A model generated the notes under the pieces. The model saw nothing but the letters and a program-made list of their open reading frames with translations. It did no database searches and was not told where the DNA came from. The translations under genes were made by a program, and so were the position numbers. A DNA stretch of 64,000 nt from Candidatus Eiseniibacteriota bacterium (GTDB lineage: Bacteria > Arandabacterota > Arandabacteria > Arandabacterales > Arandabacteraceae): assembly GCA_043810925.1 (NCBI GenBank), contig JBDRNT010000161.1:32001-96000 (forward strand). The letters run 5' to 3'. This document shows, piece by piece, positions 39,444-51,114 of this stretch (the stretch's first letter is position 1; each line of letters starts with the position of its first letter).

Positions 39444-41345
39444 TCACACGCGCGGACTGCTGCCGAACATCTCAGCGCGTGCCTTGCTTGATTCCAGTAT
39501 TCTCCGGATCACCCGGAGTACTTCTCTTATGTTGAAAGGCTTGCGCAAGAACTCAAAACCTTTCTCGCATGTTATGACCCATTGTGCTTCCTCATCCATA
39601 TAACCGCTGGTCAGGAGCACCGGGAGATCAGGCTTAAGAGCGAGCAGCCGTTCCGCCAGTCTTATCCCGTCTTCATCCGGCAGCACGACATCGCTGAAGA
39701 GGAGGTCGAACTCACCGTTTTCTCTCCGGAAGATCGCAAGCGCCTCGTTGGACCCCGGCGCGTCGATAGGAACATAGCCGCTTTCCGACAGCACGGCTGT
39801 GACCATCTCGCGGATCTCATCCTCATCCTCGACGACCAGGATGCGTTCACCCTGTCCACGTACATCGCTTATCCCAACCGGGGAGTCATCCGCCCTTTCA
39901 GACATTATCGAAACCGCCGGGAGGTAGATTTTGAAAGTCGAGCCCCGTCCCGGCTCGCTGTAGACGCTGATCCAGCCTTCATGCTGTTTGACGAGACCCT
40001 GTGCCACTGAAAGTCCGAGACCGGATGCGTTCTCCGCACGTCTCGTGGTGAAGAACGGTTCGAAGATCTGCTGGACGGCCTCCTTCTTGATTCCGGTTCC
40101 CTCGTCCGTGATCGACACACATACAAACTTGCCGGCCCTGGCACCCGGAACCAGCTCCCATTCTCCTTCCCTGAAAGTCACATTCTCGGTCTTGATTCTG
40201 ATATGTCCGCCTTCGGACATCGCATCCCTGGCGTTGATCATCAGGTTCATGATCACCTGCTCGATGCCGGACCCATCAGCTTGCACCGTCCAGAGATCGG
40301 GCTCCAGGCTGGCATTGACCTCTATGTCGTCACCGGCGAAGTGGCCGAGCAACTTGAGCATCCTGTGTGTTGTTATATTCAGGTCTATCGGACTCACCTT
40401 GACCGGGTGCCGCTCGCTCAAGAGGAGTAGCTGACGCGAGAGATTGACCGAACGGACGCATGCGTCATGTATGTGTTGTATGGTCTTGTCGAGTGACGCA
40501 TCCCCGTGTTCACGGATCGTGGCCATCCAGATGTTCAGCTCATGCGCTATCTGTCCGGCCAGTATTCCGATGTCCTCCATCTTCTCACCTCGAAGGAGCT
40601 GGACCTGCATCTTCTGACGTTCGTCTCCCGATTCCTGCCGTGCTGTGTCCACCTTGCTCAACCGTGCAGCCTGGATCGGCCCCAGGTAGCCGCTAACGGA
40701 CCCGAGGAGTTCCAGATCCGTGTCGTCGTAATCAGCAGGCTTGTTTCCCACCGTGAGAAGCCCGATCGTTTCGTTCTCATGAATGACAGGGGCCACGAGA
40801 GCTCTTTCCAGCTGGATATATCCCTCAGTCACCTGCGACGTTTGGTTGGTACACTGGGTATCTTTCTCAAGTAGAGCCCGGTTCCACAGGTCTCCCCAGT
40901 CCTTGCGGGGAAACACCCGGGTCTTAGCAACAGTATCACCCCGCCCCTCCCCCTCGGCTCTTAGGGATGGGCATGCAAGGTCACCGTCCCTGTTCACATA
41001 GCCGAGGAGCCCGTCCTTGCTCCCGGTGGCATCCAGGACTACCTGCAGGGCTTCCTGATAAACATTCTCTTCAGGCTTTGTGAGGAAGATCTCAGCAATC
41101 TGATTTCTGAGTGCCGTGGCCCGTTCGGCGCGCTGGGAAGAGTCCCTTGCACGTCGTGACTTAACCAGCGTTCTGTATGCCACAACGCCGAATACCGCCG
41201 GGATCGTATAGCCGGGGAGATTGCTGACCAGCCATTGCCATGCCGAGGCTTCCGGCCGCAAGAGCGGAGCAAGTACCACGTGCAGGCCATAGATGGACGC
41301 AGCAACAGATATACCGACTATGATGAGCTTGTGCTCATCTTTCAT
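39444..41345 (-). CDS. Hybrid histidine kinase (2TM-GAF-HisKA-HATPase-REC)
   Basis: AHELN, NLMINARDAM, PFFTT, FSDVVLP. Confidence 0.9.
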   Translation of the reverse strand: MKDEHKLIIVGISVAASIYGLHVVLAPLLRPEASAWQWLVSNLPGYTIPAVFGVVAYRTLVKSRRARDSSQRAERATALRNQIAEIFLTKPEENVYQEALQVVLDATGSKDGLLGYVNRDGDLACPSLRAEGEGRGDTVAKTRVFPRKDWGDLWNRALLEKDTQCTNQTSQVTEGYIQLERALVAPVIHENETIGLLTVGNKPADYDDTDLELLGSVSGYLGPIQAARLSKVDTARQESGDERQKMQVQLLRGEKMEDIGILAGQIAHELNIWMATIREHGDASLDKTIQHIHDACVRSVNLSRQLLLLSERHPVKVSPIDLNITTHRMLKLLGHFAGDDIEVNASLEPDLWTVQADGSGIEQVIMNLMINARDAMSEGGHIRIKTENVTFREGEWELVPGARAGKFVCVSITDEGTGIKKEAVQQIFEPFFTTRRAENASGLGLSVAQGLVKQHEGWISVYSEPGRGSTFKIYLPAVSIMSERADDSPVGISDVRGQGERILVVEDEDEIREMVTAVLSESGYVPIDAPGSNEALAIFRRENGEFDLLFSDVVLPDEDGIRLAERLLALKPDLPVLLTSGYMDEEAQWVITCEKGFEFLRKPFNIREVLRVIRRILESSKARAEMFGSSPRV

Positions 41346-41392
41346 GACGACCTCCGACTGTAGTTATCGGCAGGAACCGGGTCTGACGTTAG
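41343..41392 (-). promoter_or_regulatory. Sigma28-like promoter + RBS module, copy 2
   Basis: CTAAC-N16-GCCGATAA-N8-GGAGGTCGTCATG. Confidence 0.75.
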
Positions 41393-43029
41393 GAGTAAAA
41401 GGGCGTTAAGGCTCCCTTTCCAGGCACAGATCCGCTTCTCTCGCGCTTCTCGATCAACGCGGCGATTCCGTGTGCGATGTCTTCAGGTTGCGGCGCGGAG
41501 TCAATCGAGCCGATGTCCAAGACGTCAAAGGACGCGATTTCGTTGATCCTGGCCTTGCGTAGCTCCTCCAGCAGTTTGAGCTGGGCCCTGATCCTGTTGA
41601 CTAAGACCTCCAGGCCGGCTGCGTCAGCGCATGCGACAAGGTACACTGTCTCACTGCGCTCTCCACGACCCATTTGGGGAAGGACAACGTCCCGGCCCAT
41701 CAAGCTACAACGCTCAAGCAGTTGCCGAACCTGCTGAACCACTTTCGGCGGCACGCGGGCGGGCAGGGGCTCTCCTCCAACCGAGAGATCTACACTGATC
41801 AGAGCTATGGAGCCGTTTCGCAAGTTCTCCGCGGTAAGAATCGGCCTGATAAGGCCGACGAGTGAGAAAGCAGGCAAGGTGAAGTGGAAGGTGGTGCCGC
41901 GGCCGATCTCGCTTTCCGCCCATATCCGGCCTCCGTGGCACGAAACGATTTCCTTGCAGATGTAAAGACCGAGGCCGAGCCCCTTGCGGCTCAGGTCTAC
42001 TGTTGCCTTCCCCTGGTAGAGGCATTCGAAGACCTTCTCGGTCTCCTTGGGATCAATACCGTATCCGGTATCCGATACTGCCAGACATAAGGACGAGGTA
42101 TCCTCACTTGACACGGCACCAGTCACCGTGATCGAACCACCTTCGGGTGTGAACTTGATCGCGTTGTCAATCAGGTTGGTGAGGACCTCCCGCACCCGGT
42201 CTGGATCGGCGTACGCCTGGGGCAGGTCGTTCGGAAAGTGGGCAGACAAAGCTATGCCCTTCCCACCCGCACAGGCCATGAATGCGTTGGTCACCTCCGC
42301 CATGATTTCTGCCACGGCGGTGCGACACGGTTCCACAGTCAGTCTACTTTCCCGGATGCGGGTAACCGCCAGAAGGCCATCGATCATGGACACGAGCTGG
42401 TTCACGTTCTTAAGTATGGTCTGCAGGTGATCACGTTGCTCGGCGCTCATGTGACCTGCCAGGCCATCAGCAAGAATCGTGACGAATTGATGGATGACAG
42501 CGACAGGTGAACGGAGCTCATGAGACACATGGGAGAGAAACTGGTCTTTCGTTCGAAGCTCCTGCCGTCGCGTCTCTTCCAGTTGCTTCAGCATTTCCTG
42601 TCGCTCTATCGCATAGCGAATCGATCGCGAAAGCAGATCGCCGTCTATATGTCCCTTGATCAGGTAATCCTGTGCGCCTTCACGCAGGGCGCCCGCTGCG
42701 ACTCTCTCGTCCGCGAGGCCGGTCAGTACTACAACGGGAATCTGGGAGGCCGCCTCGTGTATTTTCGAGAATGTACCCAGCCCCTGGCTATCAGGTAGTG
42801 AAAGATCAAGCAGCACAACATCGATATCCTGACTCGCCAGACACTCAAGACTGCTCTCAAGGCGACCTCGGACCTCAACGTCAAACCGCACAGCACCTGT
42901 CTCAGAGAGCATCTCTTTGATCAGCCGTGCATCACCCTGGTTGTCTTCAACAAGGAGAATGCTGATCTTCTGGCCCGTTATTGCGCTCCGGGTCGCGTCA
43001 ACTGGTTGTTCTGATTTCGGAATTTGCAT
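41389..43029 (-). CDS. REC-HisKA-HATPase kinase with unexplained C-terminal domain
   Basis: LLVEDN, LDLSLPDS, SHELRSP, NLIDNAIKF, GLGLGL; ~160 extra C-terminal residues. Confidence 0.9.
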   Translation of the reverse strand: MQIPKSEQPVDATRSAITGQKISILLVEDNQGDARLIKEMLSETGAVRFDVEVRGRLESSLECLASQDIDVVLLDLSLPDSQGLGTFSKIHEAASQIPVVVLTGLADERVAAGALREGAQDYLIKGHIDGDLLSRSIRYAIERQEMLKQLEETRRQELRTKDQFLSHVSHELRSPVAVIHQFVTILADGLAGHMSAEQRDHLQTILKNVNQLVSMIDGLLAVTRIRESRLTVEPCRTAVAEIMAEVTNAFMACAGGKGIALSAHFPNDLPQAYADPDRVREVLTNLIDNAIKFTPEGGSITVTGAVSSEDTSSLCLAVSDTGYGIDPKETEKVFECLYQGKATVDLSRKGLGLGLYICKEIVSCHGGRIWAESEIGRGTTFHFTLPAFSLVGLIRPILTAENLRNGSIALISVDLSVGGEPLPARVPPKVVQQVRQLLERCSLMGRDVVLPQMGRGERSETVYLVACADAAGLEVLVNRIRAQLKLLEELRKARINEIASFDVLDIGSIDSAPQPEDIAHGIAALIEKRERSGSVPGKGALTPFYS

Positions 43030-43050
43030 GGTCCTTCATCACCGGCAAAG

Positions 43051-43489
<439 letters not shown>

Positions 43490-43497
<8 letters not shown>

Positions 43498-44359
43498 GTT
43501 TGGTAACCTCCTCTTGTTGTTCTGTCGGGATAGTGAAGTAGAATGTAGAGCCTTTTCCGGGCTCGGACTCCGCCCAGATTCTTCCCCCGTGGTGTTCGAC
43601 GATCCTTTTCGTGATAGCAAGACCGGCCCCCGTGCCGGGATATTCAGTACTGCCATGGGGGCGTCGAAAGATCACGAATATCCGATCCGTGTACTCAGGG
43701 TCAATCCCAATACCGTTGTCCTTGATGGAGAAGATCCATTCCTTGTCAGCCCGGCGGGCGGAGACGTGAATGCGGGACACGTTCTCTTGCCGCCGGAACT
43801 TCATAGCGTTCCCGATGAGATTTCGGAAGACCTGCGCCAGCTGGCGCTTGTCCGCAGTGATCGTCGGCAACGTATCGCGCGTGATAGCAGCGTGTTCTCC
43901 CCGTCCCGGAGGGTTAAGGCTGGAGATCACCTTGTCAAGGAGTACGTCACAATTACAGGGTTGCCTGGGTCTTACGCGTGTGGGCACTCGAGAAAACGCG
44001 ACAAGATCATTGATCAGTCTGCGCATTCTCTTTGCACCGCCAACAGCGAAGGAGATGAAGTCATCCGCATCTCCATTCAGCTTCCCCTTATAGCGTTGAT
44101 CCACTAACTGCAGGTAGCTTGAAACCAGGCGTAAGGGTTCCTGGAGATCATGGGTTACCACATCAAGAATCTGCTCCAGCTCCCGGTTGACGAGTTCCAG
44201 CTGGAGAACTTTCTCCTTGAGTCTTTCCTCTGCGTCCTTGCGTTGACTGATTTCCTTCTCGAGACGCTCGTTCGACCATTCGAGCTGTTCTTGATACGCC
44301 CTGGGCTCGCCCTCCGTTCCGGGGTCTCTAATGGCGTGTGTTTTCCGGGTGTTCGTCAC
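43490..44359 (-). CDS. Sensor-less Cph1-like histidine kinase
   Basis: Coiled coil + THDLQEPLR + NLIGNAMKF + YPGTGAGL. Confidence 0.88.
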
Positions 44360-44390
44360 AGTCCCAGGTGCCTTTGCTCAGAGCCTTGGC

Positions 44391-46976
44391 TCATGTTCTC
44401 ACCGGCATCCCGATCTCAGAACTCGTCGGCGCCGGGAGTTCAGCCTTACTGAAGGGAATCGTGAAGTAGAATGTCGAGCCTTCACCAGGGGCCGATTCCA
44501 CGTGTATTCTCCCCCCGTGGCGTTCAACGATCTTCTTGCAGATCGCTAGGCCCATGCCTGTCCCCGGGTATTCATCGCGTGCATGCAGCTGCTGGAAAAT
44601 CACAAAGATGCGATCCTTTGACTCCGGATCGACGCCGATGCCTTCATCAGCAACCGAGAATACCCATTCATCGTCCCTACGCTCAGCAGATATGTGGATC
44701 CGGGGATTCCTTTCACCATGAAACTTGATCGCATTTCCTATCAGGTTCTGAAACACACGAACGAGCTGTTTCTCGTCGGCTGTCACCACAGGCAGGTCAG
44801 CATATGTGACCTCTGCCTGCGTTTCATCTATCGCCACCTTCAGGTCGCGTAAGACTTCTCTTATGACCGATTCACAATCGGTGGGCTCGAAGGGCCTTCC
44901 TTGTCTACCTATACAGGAATAGTCCAACAGTCCGTCTATCAGTCCTTTCATTCGTTTCGCGCCATCCGCGGCGTAACCGATGAAATCCGTGGCATCTCCG
45001 TCCAACAGCTTGCCGTAACGGCGTTCCAACAGTTGGACATAGCTTGCAACCATACGGAGAGGCTCCTTGAGGTCGTGAGAAGCCACGTAGGCAAACTGCT
45101 CCAGTTCTGAGTTGGAGCGCTCGAGTTCCAGGTTGGCCACCTTAAGTCTCTCCTCGGCCTGCTGCCGCTTACGTGCCAGTCTGTCTCTCTGCAGTCTTGC
45201 CTTAAGAATAGGAGCGATGTGCTTGCCGATGACCTCCAGCAGGTTGAGGTCAATCCTGTCATAATCGCTTTCCTTGTTAGCCACCTGGATAAGCCCGATA
45301 GTCTCGTTCTGATGCACGATGGGAAGCGAGATATGCCGGCGCATGGCAACATGACCGTCGGGCGTCTTGCCCGAAGGTTGATTTGAATAGACGGGTTGCT
45401 TATCTCTAATGCACCGGCACCATGAAGTGTCGCCCCAGGTATCGCGAGGAAACACAAATCGCTTATCCGTAACCCGGCACCCGTCCCATGCCTCCTCAGT
45501 CATAGTGGGAACAACCAGCGCGCCATCCTCGTCGAGATGTCCGAAAACACCGCACTCGCTTGCCATCGCTTCAAGAATGACTCTCAGGACTTCTCCGTAC
45601 ATGTCCTCGTCGGAGACGGTCAGGAAGATTTCGTTCACCCTGTTTCGAATGGCGAGTTCGCGCTCCGACTTTCTCAGCGCCTCCTCCGCCGTAGATGTGT
45701 ATATGACCTGGGCCGCCGTGCCGGCGATATTGTCCAGATGCGCTGCCTCTTCAGAATAGATCGGATGGCTGGCGAAGACCGCCAACACACCCATTGGTTC
45801 CCCGGTCTCCGAAAGAAGGCGGAAACCTGCAAACGACACCAGGCCCAGCTTCTTTGCCCACTCATGGTCGTGTACGCGCGGGTCAGCCGTCACGTTGTTG
45901 GTGATGAACCGCGCGTACTTACCGGAGGCGATCAGTCCGATGTTGTAGCATCCGAAGGGGACCCGTCTGTGCATGTCACCGTCTGTGTGGGTGTAGCGAC
46001 CCGAGCTGGTGGCGAGGTGAAGACATCTCTCATGACTTCGACAAACATGTGGCTCATCGGCAGGACCGGCATGGAAACAACCGGAATCACACATGTCCCC
46101 TGGCTTCGCAAGCCAGATCCGGGCGAAATCGGCATCGAAAATATCCACCACGCTATCGGTTATGAGCCTGAGTTTCGGGCCCAGGTTGTTCGGACCCAGC
46201 AGGTTCTCCTTCAGGCGGTTTAGACCCTCCATCCGCCGCTCCGCTCGCTTCTGTTCGGTGATGTCGCGGGCAATAACAGCAAGGCGCCGCACCTTGCCGG
46301 CAGCGTCAAAGACCGGACAAATCTTCTGATCGAACCACCGTCCGTGCTCTTGATCCTCAAAACGTACCGGCTTGCCGCTGGTGATGACGTCCTCCGCCCG
46401 GGCCGTTCTCCTTCTTGCCACATCCGGTTCGTGTATTTCGGATACCTTCTTTCCAATGATTTCATTCTTGGGTCGTCCAATCACCCGCGATGCCGCGTCG
46501 TTTACAGCCACGACGGATCCCTTAGTATCGACCAGCAGCGCAACGTCCGTAGACGCATTCAGGATTGCCTGGGCCTGTTCCTCGCTTTCACGCAGTGCTT
46601 TCTCGGTTTGATGTTTCTCGGCGGCTCGACGCACAACTGATACCAGCTGTTTGGTGTCGTAGGGTTTCTCTATATAGCTGTACGCACCCATATTGACCGC
46701 ATCGATCGCCGACTCTTGCGAGGCATGCCCTGTCATCAGGATGCATTCGGTGGCTGGAGAGTGTTCTCTCACCCGGCGTATCACGTCGAGGCCCGACATG
46801 TCCGACAGCTTGAGATCGATCAGGGCAACTGCGGGTGTCTCCTCGGTGGCCAGATCAACACCTCTCCGGCCGTCAGCCGCCGTTAAAGGAACCGCACCTT
46901 CGGCGATTAGAAAATCCGAGAGAAACGTAAGAAGCTTTGGATCGTCATCTATGACGAGGACTTTAGTCCCATCCAT
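44391..46976 (-). CDS. REC-PAS-GAF-GAF histidine kinase (Cph1-like core)
   Basis: REC, PAS (RDITEQK), two GAF-like domains, ASHDLKEPLR. Confidence 0.92.
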   Translation of the reverse strand: MDGTKVLVIDDDPKLLTFLSDFLIAEGAVPLTAADGRRGVDLATEETPAVALIDLKLSDMSGLDVIRRVREHSPATECILMTGHASQESAIDAVNMGAYSYIEKPYDTKQLVSVVRRAAEKHQTEKALRESEEQAQAILNASTDVALLVDTKGSVVAVNDAASRVIGRPKNEIIGKKVSEIHEPDVARRRTARAEDVITSGKPVRFEDQEHGRWFDQKICPVFDAAGKVRRLAVIARDITEQKRAERRMEGLNRLKENLLGPNNLGPKLRLITDSVVDIFDADFARIWLAKPGDMCDSGCFHAGPADEPHVCRSHERCLHLATSSGRYTHTDGDMHRRVPFGCYNIGLIASGKYARFITNNVTADPRVHDHEWAKKLGLVSFAGFRLLSETGEPMGVLAVFASHPIYSEEAAHLDNIAGTAAQVIYTSTAEEALRKSERELAIRNRVNEIFLTVSDEDMYGEVLRVILEAMASECGVFGHLDEDGALVVPTMTEEAWDGCRVTDKRFVFPRDTWGDTSWCRCIRDKQPVYSNQPSGKTPDGHVAMRRHISLPIVHQNETIGLIQVANKESDYDRIDLNLLEVIGKHIAPILKARLQRDRLARKRQQAEERLKVANLELERSNSELEQFAYVASHDLKEPLRMVASYVQLLERRYGKLLDGDATDFIGYAADGAKRMKGLIDGLLDYSCIGRQGRPFEPTDCESVIREVLRDLKVAIDETQAEVTYADLPVVTADEKQLVRVFQNLIGNAIKFHGERNPRIHISAERRDDEWVFSVADEGIGVDPESKDRIFVIFQQLHARDEYPGTGMGLAICKKIVERHGGRIHVESAPGEGSTFYFTIPFSKAELPAPTSSEIGMPVRT

Positions 46977-47162
46977 CAGATCTCGCTCACCTCCCTGTCA
47001 AGGCTACCTGGCCTGGAGGACACCATGGTCGACGATGATCACTTTCGGTCATGGTCTCAAGTAAGTGTGTGCCTGGGGATCGTCTGCGGCGGCAATTGAG
47101 AAACTGGTGTGCAGATTTACACGCAAGTTGATGCTCACGACACTGAGCGCATAGATATACCA

Positions 47163-47212
47163 CATGACGACCTCCAATCCAGTGTTTCGGCAGGAGCTAG
47201 CGGCAGGATTAG
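47163..47212 (-). promoter_or_regulatory. Sigma28-like promoter + RBS module, copy 3
   Basis: CTAAT-N16-GCCGAAAC-N8-GGAGGTCGTCATG. Confidence 0.7.
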
Positions 47213-47325
47213 CGCAGAATCAGTAATTCAGAGAGATGACGTTTCGTAGTATGCTCAGGACATATCCGCAGTGTTGGGGCTTCGCTCGTGGCTTGTGATC
47301 CGAAGGGCCCAAATCGGGATAGGCC

Positions 47326-47781
47326 TTACTGTTCCTGCCTGTCGGGCAACTCGACGATTGAAAGCCAGAAGTTCTTGATGGCCTTAATGACGTTGGAGAA
47401 CTCGTCGAGGTCAACAGGCTTGGTTATATAGCAGTTCGCGTGCAGATCATAGGCTTTCGCGATGTCCTCCTCGGCCTTTGACGCGGTCAGAACAACCACC
47501 GGGATGCGTCTGAGATACCTATCGGCCTTTATTTCTGCAAGCACCTCACGGCCGTCCTTCTTGCGTAGATTGAGGTCGAGCAGCAGAAGGTCGGGTGGTG
47601 CCGCATCAGTGTGTTCCCCTTCCCCGAGCAGGTAATCCAGTGCTTCCACCCCATCCTTAACGACACACATCTTGACTCGAATTCCCTCGTCCCTGACCAT
47701 TTCCTGTACGAGGCGCGCGTCGGCGGGGTTGTCTTCAACGAGGAGAATCTCGACAGGTCTCTTTGCTGTGTGCGTATCCAA
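47326..47781 (-). CDS. Single-domain response regulator (Rcp1-like)
   Basis: [31 protein letters not shown] start after AGGAGG. Confidence 0.92.
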   Translation of the reverse strand: MDTHTAKRPVEILLVEDNPADARLVQEMVRDEGIRVKMCVVKDGVEALDYLLGEGEHTDAAPPDLLLLDLNLRKKDGREVLAEIKADRYLRRIPVVVLTASKAEEDIAKAYDLHANCYITKPVDLDEFSNVIKAIKNFWLSIVELPDRQEQ

Positions 47782-47880
47782 GGTATACTACCTCCTGATC
47801 TCAGTGGACTTGATATACGGAGTGTTGCACAGAAGTGTACCGATAGCCGGCATCCATGCAGTTGTGCAGGACCTTACTTC

Positions 47881-47930
47881 CATAACGACCTCCTGAGGGC
47901 TTTTTCGGCTGGGGAAGTGCACGAGTTTAG
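47881..47930 (-). promoter_or_regulatory. Sigma28-like promoter + RBS module, copy 4
   Basis: CTAAA-N16-GCCGAAAA-N8-GGAGGTCGTTATG. Confidence 0.72.
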
Positions 47931-47943
47931 TGCAAAGTTCGCA

Positions 47944-50562
47944 TTAAGGGGTGAGCTGGAGCTCTTTCTCGGCTGATGTCTCGATCGGGCTTGATTCAAG
48001 GGCAACCTTCACAGCTCGCAGCAGATCGACCAGCGTATGAGGCTTCGGAAGGAAACGAAATCCACGTTCGGATATGACAGACCGCTGGGCCTTGTCATCG
48101 GCGTAGCCACTGCTCAAAAGAACCCTAAGATCGGATCTGATGCCGAGAAGCCGGTCAACCAGTTGCAAGCCTGTCATGTCCGGAAGCACGACATCGCTGA
48201 AGACAAGATCAAGGTCCTCACCCTCCTTCACAAAGGTGTCGACCGCGTCTTCAGCGTTTGCCGCGTCTATAACTCTATAGCCATGCTCCGAAAGCATCCG
48301 TCCGGCAAGCCCGCGGAGCTGGTCATCATCCTCGACGATGAGTATCCGTTCACCGCTGCCCCGGTAGTCCGCATGAGTGATTGTCTCCGGACTCTCGGGT
48401 CTTGATTCCGCTGGAAGAGATTTGAGGTAGACATTGAACGTCGTGCCTTCTCCCGGCCGGCTGGACACGTCTATCCGCCCGCCGTGCTGCTTGACAATGC
48501 CGTACACCACCGAAAGCCCTAACCCGGTGCCACGGCCGGCCTCCTTTGTGGTAAAGAACGGCTCAAAGATGCGCTGAGCAGTGGCTTCGTCCATGCCTGT
48601 ACCATTGTCTGAGACAGACATGCGAACATACCGGCCAGGCTCCATGTCCTTCCTGACAGCACACTGGTCTTCGGTCAGCAGCACGTTGTCTGTTGTTATG
48701 GTGATCTCTCCCCCGTCAGGCATTGCATCCCTGGCATTCAACGCCAGGTTCATGATCACCTGTTCGAGATTCCCCCTGTCACCGCTTATCGGTCCAAGAT
48801 CGGGCTCGAGGGCCGCACTGATCCGTACGTCCTCACCTATCAGCCGTTCGAGCATCCTGATCATGTTGCCCACAATATCGTTGAGATCCAGTATAGACGC
48901 CTTAATAGGCTGCTGCCGGCTGAATAGCAGCAGCTGGCGGGTAAGATCGGCTGCCGATGAGCCCGCATCCGCTATCTGTTTGATATCGTCGTATACAGCG
49001 TCCTGTTCATCGAGTTTACGCATCGCAAGGTCGCTGTAACCCAGGATTGTCGCAAGAAGGTTGTTGAAATCATGCGCTACACCACCTGCCAGTGCTCCAA
49101 CCGCTTCCATCTTCTGGGCCTGGAGCAACTGGGCCTGCATTTTCTCCTTCTCCTCCTGCGCCAGCATCCGCTCGGTTACATCCCTGAAGACCCCCATGAG
49201 AAAGGTCCTGCCGTCCAAATCAATCGGAACTGAGTTAATGTCCGCGTAGAAGACACTGCCGTCCTTCCGCTTGACGGGGCAGTCCTTTGCAAGTGTGATT
49301 TCTCCCCTGACCTGTTTCTCAAACTGCTCTCTTACCCAGGCCAGGGACTCTGCGGGGTGGATATCCGTGACCGCGACGTTCTGGATTTCTTCAGAGCTGT
49401 ACCCCAACATCTGCGCCATGCGCTTGTTCGCCATGAAAAACATCTGGGTCTCGTGCTCTGCGATAAGAATCCCGTCGGCCGTGCTCTCGAAAATCGTCTC
49501 GAATCTCCGCCGGGACTCTTCCATGGCTGCTTCGGCCGCCCTGGCCTCCGTAACGTCCTGGACCGTGCCCATCATGACCTCGGACTCACCGTCATGGCCG
49601 AACCGTCTTACCTCCGGGTGAGTTGCGTATATCAGGCGCACCTCGCCGTCCGGACGCAGAATGCGGTACTCAAGCGGGTCTCCGTTGCCCCCATCCGCAA
49701 CCGTCTTCATCGCCCCAAGAATGGCTTCTCTGTCATCCGGGTGTATGGATGTCCGAATCAGAGACTGGACACTGTCAAACTCACCGCTCCCCGGAATACC
49801 ATAGATTCGGCACATCTCTTCCGATAGCCGGAACGAGCCATCCCTTATGTTCCATTCCCAACTGCCCACATGAGCAATCTCCTGGGCTTTCTTCAGACTG
49901 TACTCGCTTTGTGCCAGCGCTTCCTCCGCACACTTACGCTCGGTTATGTCTTTCGTTACGGCAATGAAGGACACCGGCTCACCGGCTTGATTGCGGATCA
50001 CACTCGAGGATAGCTCCCCCTCGAACCTCCTATTACCCTTGGCCAGGAGCGTATATACCACATTTCTTATGATGCCTTCCTCAAGTGTCCTCTTAATGTT
50101 CTCCAGAGCTCTCTCATGCTCCTCCGGTACGATGAAGTCCAGGACGCTCCTGCCGACTATCTCCCCCTTTGAGGAACCGCCATGCAGCCGCACTGTGGCC
50201 TCATTGCAGTCCGTGATTATTCCATTCAGATCAGTTGCCGTGATCGCCTCGGGGGATGACTCCAGCATTGTTCTGAACTTGTCTTCACTCGCCATCTGCG
50301 CATCGACGGCACGCTTCCGCTCAGTGACGCAGATCCTGGTCTTATCACGCTCAGATTGAAGTAGCTCCCGATGTTTCCGCCGCTGATATATGACTCTAAG
50401 AAGAAGGAGCACAAGTATGGTGAGGACGGCGTAAGTCGGGGCTCGGTCTACGAGCAGGCTGTGAGGCAGGTTCGATGAAAGCGGGGTCAGTAGTGCCTGG
50501 ACCGCATAAAGCGATACAACAAAAGCAATCACATAGACCGCTACCTTATGCTCATCCTTCAC
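47944..50562 (-). CDS. Hybrid histidine kinase (2TM-PASx3-HisKA-HATPase-REC, CckA-like core)
   Basis: [34 protein letters not shown] start after GGAGG; N-terminus MKDEHK homologous to the 41345 gene. Confidence 0.92.
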   Translation of the reverse strand: MKDEHKVAVYVIAFVVSLYAVQALLTPLSSNLPHSLLVDRAPTYAVLTILVLLLLRVIYQRRKHRELLQSERDKTRICVTERKRAVDAQMASEDKFRTMLESSPEAITATDLNGIITDCNEATVRLHGGSSKGEIVGRSVLDFIVPEEHERALENIKRTLEEGIIRNVVYTLLAKGNRRFEGELSSSVIRNQAGEPVSFIAVTKDITERKCAEEALAQSEYSLKKAQEIAHVGSWEWNIRDGSFRLSEEMCRIYGIPGSGEFDSVQSLIRTSIHPDDREAILGAMKTVADGGNGDPLEYRILRPDGEVRLIYATHPEVRRFGHDGESEVMMGTVQDVTEARAAEAAMEESRRRFETIFESTADGILIAEHETQMFFMANKRMAQMLGYSSEEIQNVAVTDIHPAESLAWVREQFEKQVRGEITLAKDCPVKRKDGSVFYADINSVPIDLDGRTFLMGVFRDVTERMLAQEEKEKMQAQLLQAQKMEAVGALAGGVAHDFNNLLATILGYSDLAMRKLDEQDAVYDDIKQIADAGSSAADLTRQLLLFSRQQPIKASILDLNDIVGNMIRMLERLIGEDVRISAALEPDLGPISGDRGNLEQVIMNLALNARDAMPDGGEITITTDNVLLTEDQCAVRKDMEPGRYVRMSVSDNGTGMDEATAQRIFEPFFTTKEAGRGTGLGLSVVYGIVKQHGGRIDVSSRPGEGTTFNVYLKSLPAESRPESPETITHADYRGSGERILIVEDDDQLRGLAGRMLSEHGYRVIDAANAEDAVDTFVKEGEDLDLVFSDVVLPDMTGLQLVDRLLGIRSDLRVLLSSGYADDKAQRSVISERGFRFLPKPHTLVDLLRAVKVALESSPIETSAEKELQLTP

Positions 50563-50609
50563 GACGACCTCCAAGTCACGCTATCGGAAGCAGTGGGCAG
50601 GAAGTTTAG
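50560..50609 (-). promoter_or_regulatory. Sigma28-like promoter + RBS module, copy 5
   Basis: CTAAA-N16-TCCGATAG-N8-GGAGGTCGTCGTG. Confidence 0.72.
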
Positions 50610-50711
50610 ATTTAAAATGTGAAAGTCTGGCGTACTTGCTGTGCGGGAGGACATCGCGCGGGGAGAACACCGGCGCATGAGGAATCAGATCGGCAGTTGA
50701 GGCGACGGAAG

Positions 50712-50909
50712 TTATCTCTGCTCGCTGGCCACAATCAGATCGCCCGTGGGCAGAAGACCCTCAGGAACCTCATGGCCCGATATGGCCTTCTTGTAGCGGC
50801 CGCAATCCTGGTATATCGTGCGGCAGAAGGCCCAGGCCAGATACTCCGTCTCGTCATCGGCCATTATCGTGCAGAACATTGAACATGTTTCAAGAAAAGG
50901 ACAGGCCAT
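50712..50909 (-). CDS. Small Cys-rich hypothetical protein, probably leaderless
   Basis: MACPFLETC..FC...FC....QDCGRY...VPEGLLP; ATG 7 nt after a GCCGATAC box. Confidence 0.65.
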   Translation of the reverse strand: MACPFLETCSMFCTIMADDETEYLAWAFCRTIYQDCGRYKKAISGHEVPEGLLPTGDLIVASEQR

Positions 50910-50916
50910 GTCTATT

Positions 50917-50945
50917 GTATCGGCACCGGGAGCTGAAAGCCTTAG
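50917..50945 (-). promoter_or_regulatory. Sigma28-like promoter without RBS module
   Basis: CTAAG-N16-GCCGATAC. Confidence 0.7.
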
Positions 50946-51025
50946 GTGTCAGAACACCCAAACATAACGGTTTGCAGATTGTACCGGAAGAGTGCCTAAG
51001 CGACCGTTTTCACGAAACAAATCAG

Positions 51026-51054
51026 TTGACACAATTGCACGTCGTCATTATCTT
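51026..51054 (+). promoter_or_regulatory. Sigma70-type promoter for the recombinase block
   Basis: TTGACA-N17-TATCTT. Confidence 0.65.
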
Positions 51055-51114
51055 AACGTTACTTTTGGGACGCATGTCAACGAAGGCACAATCTGAAATG
51101 AAAGGAGCATCGAC

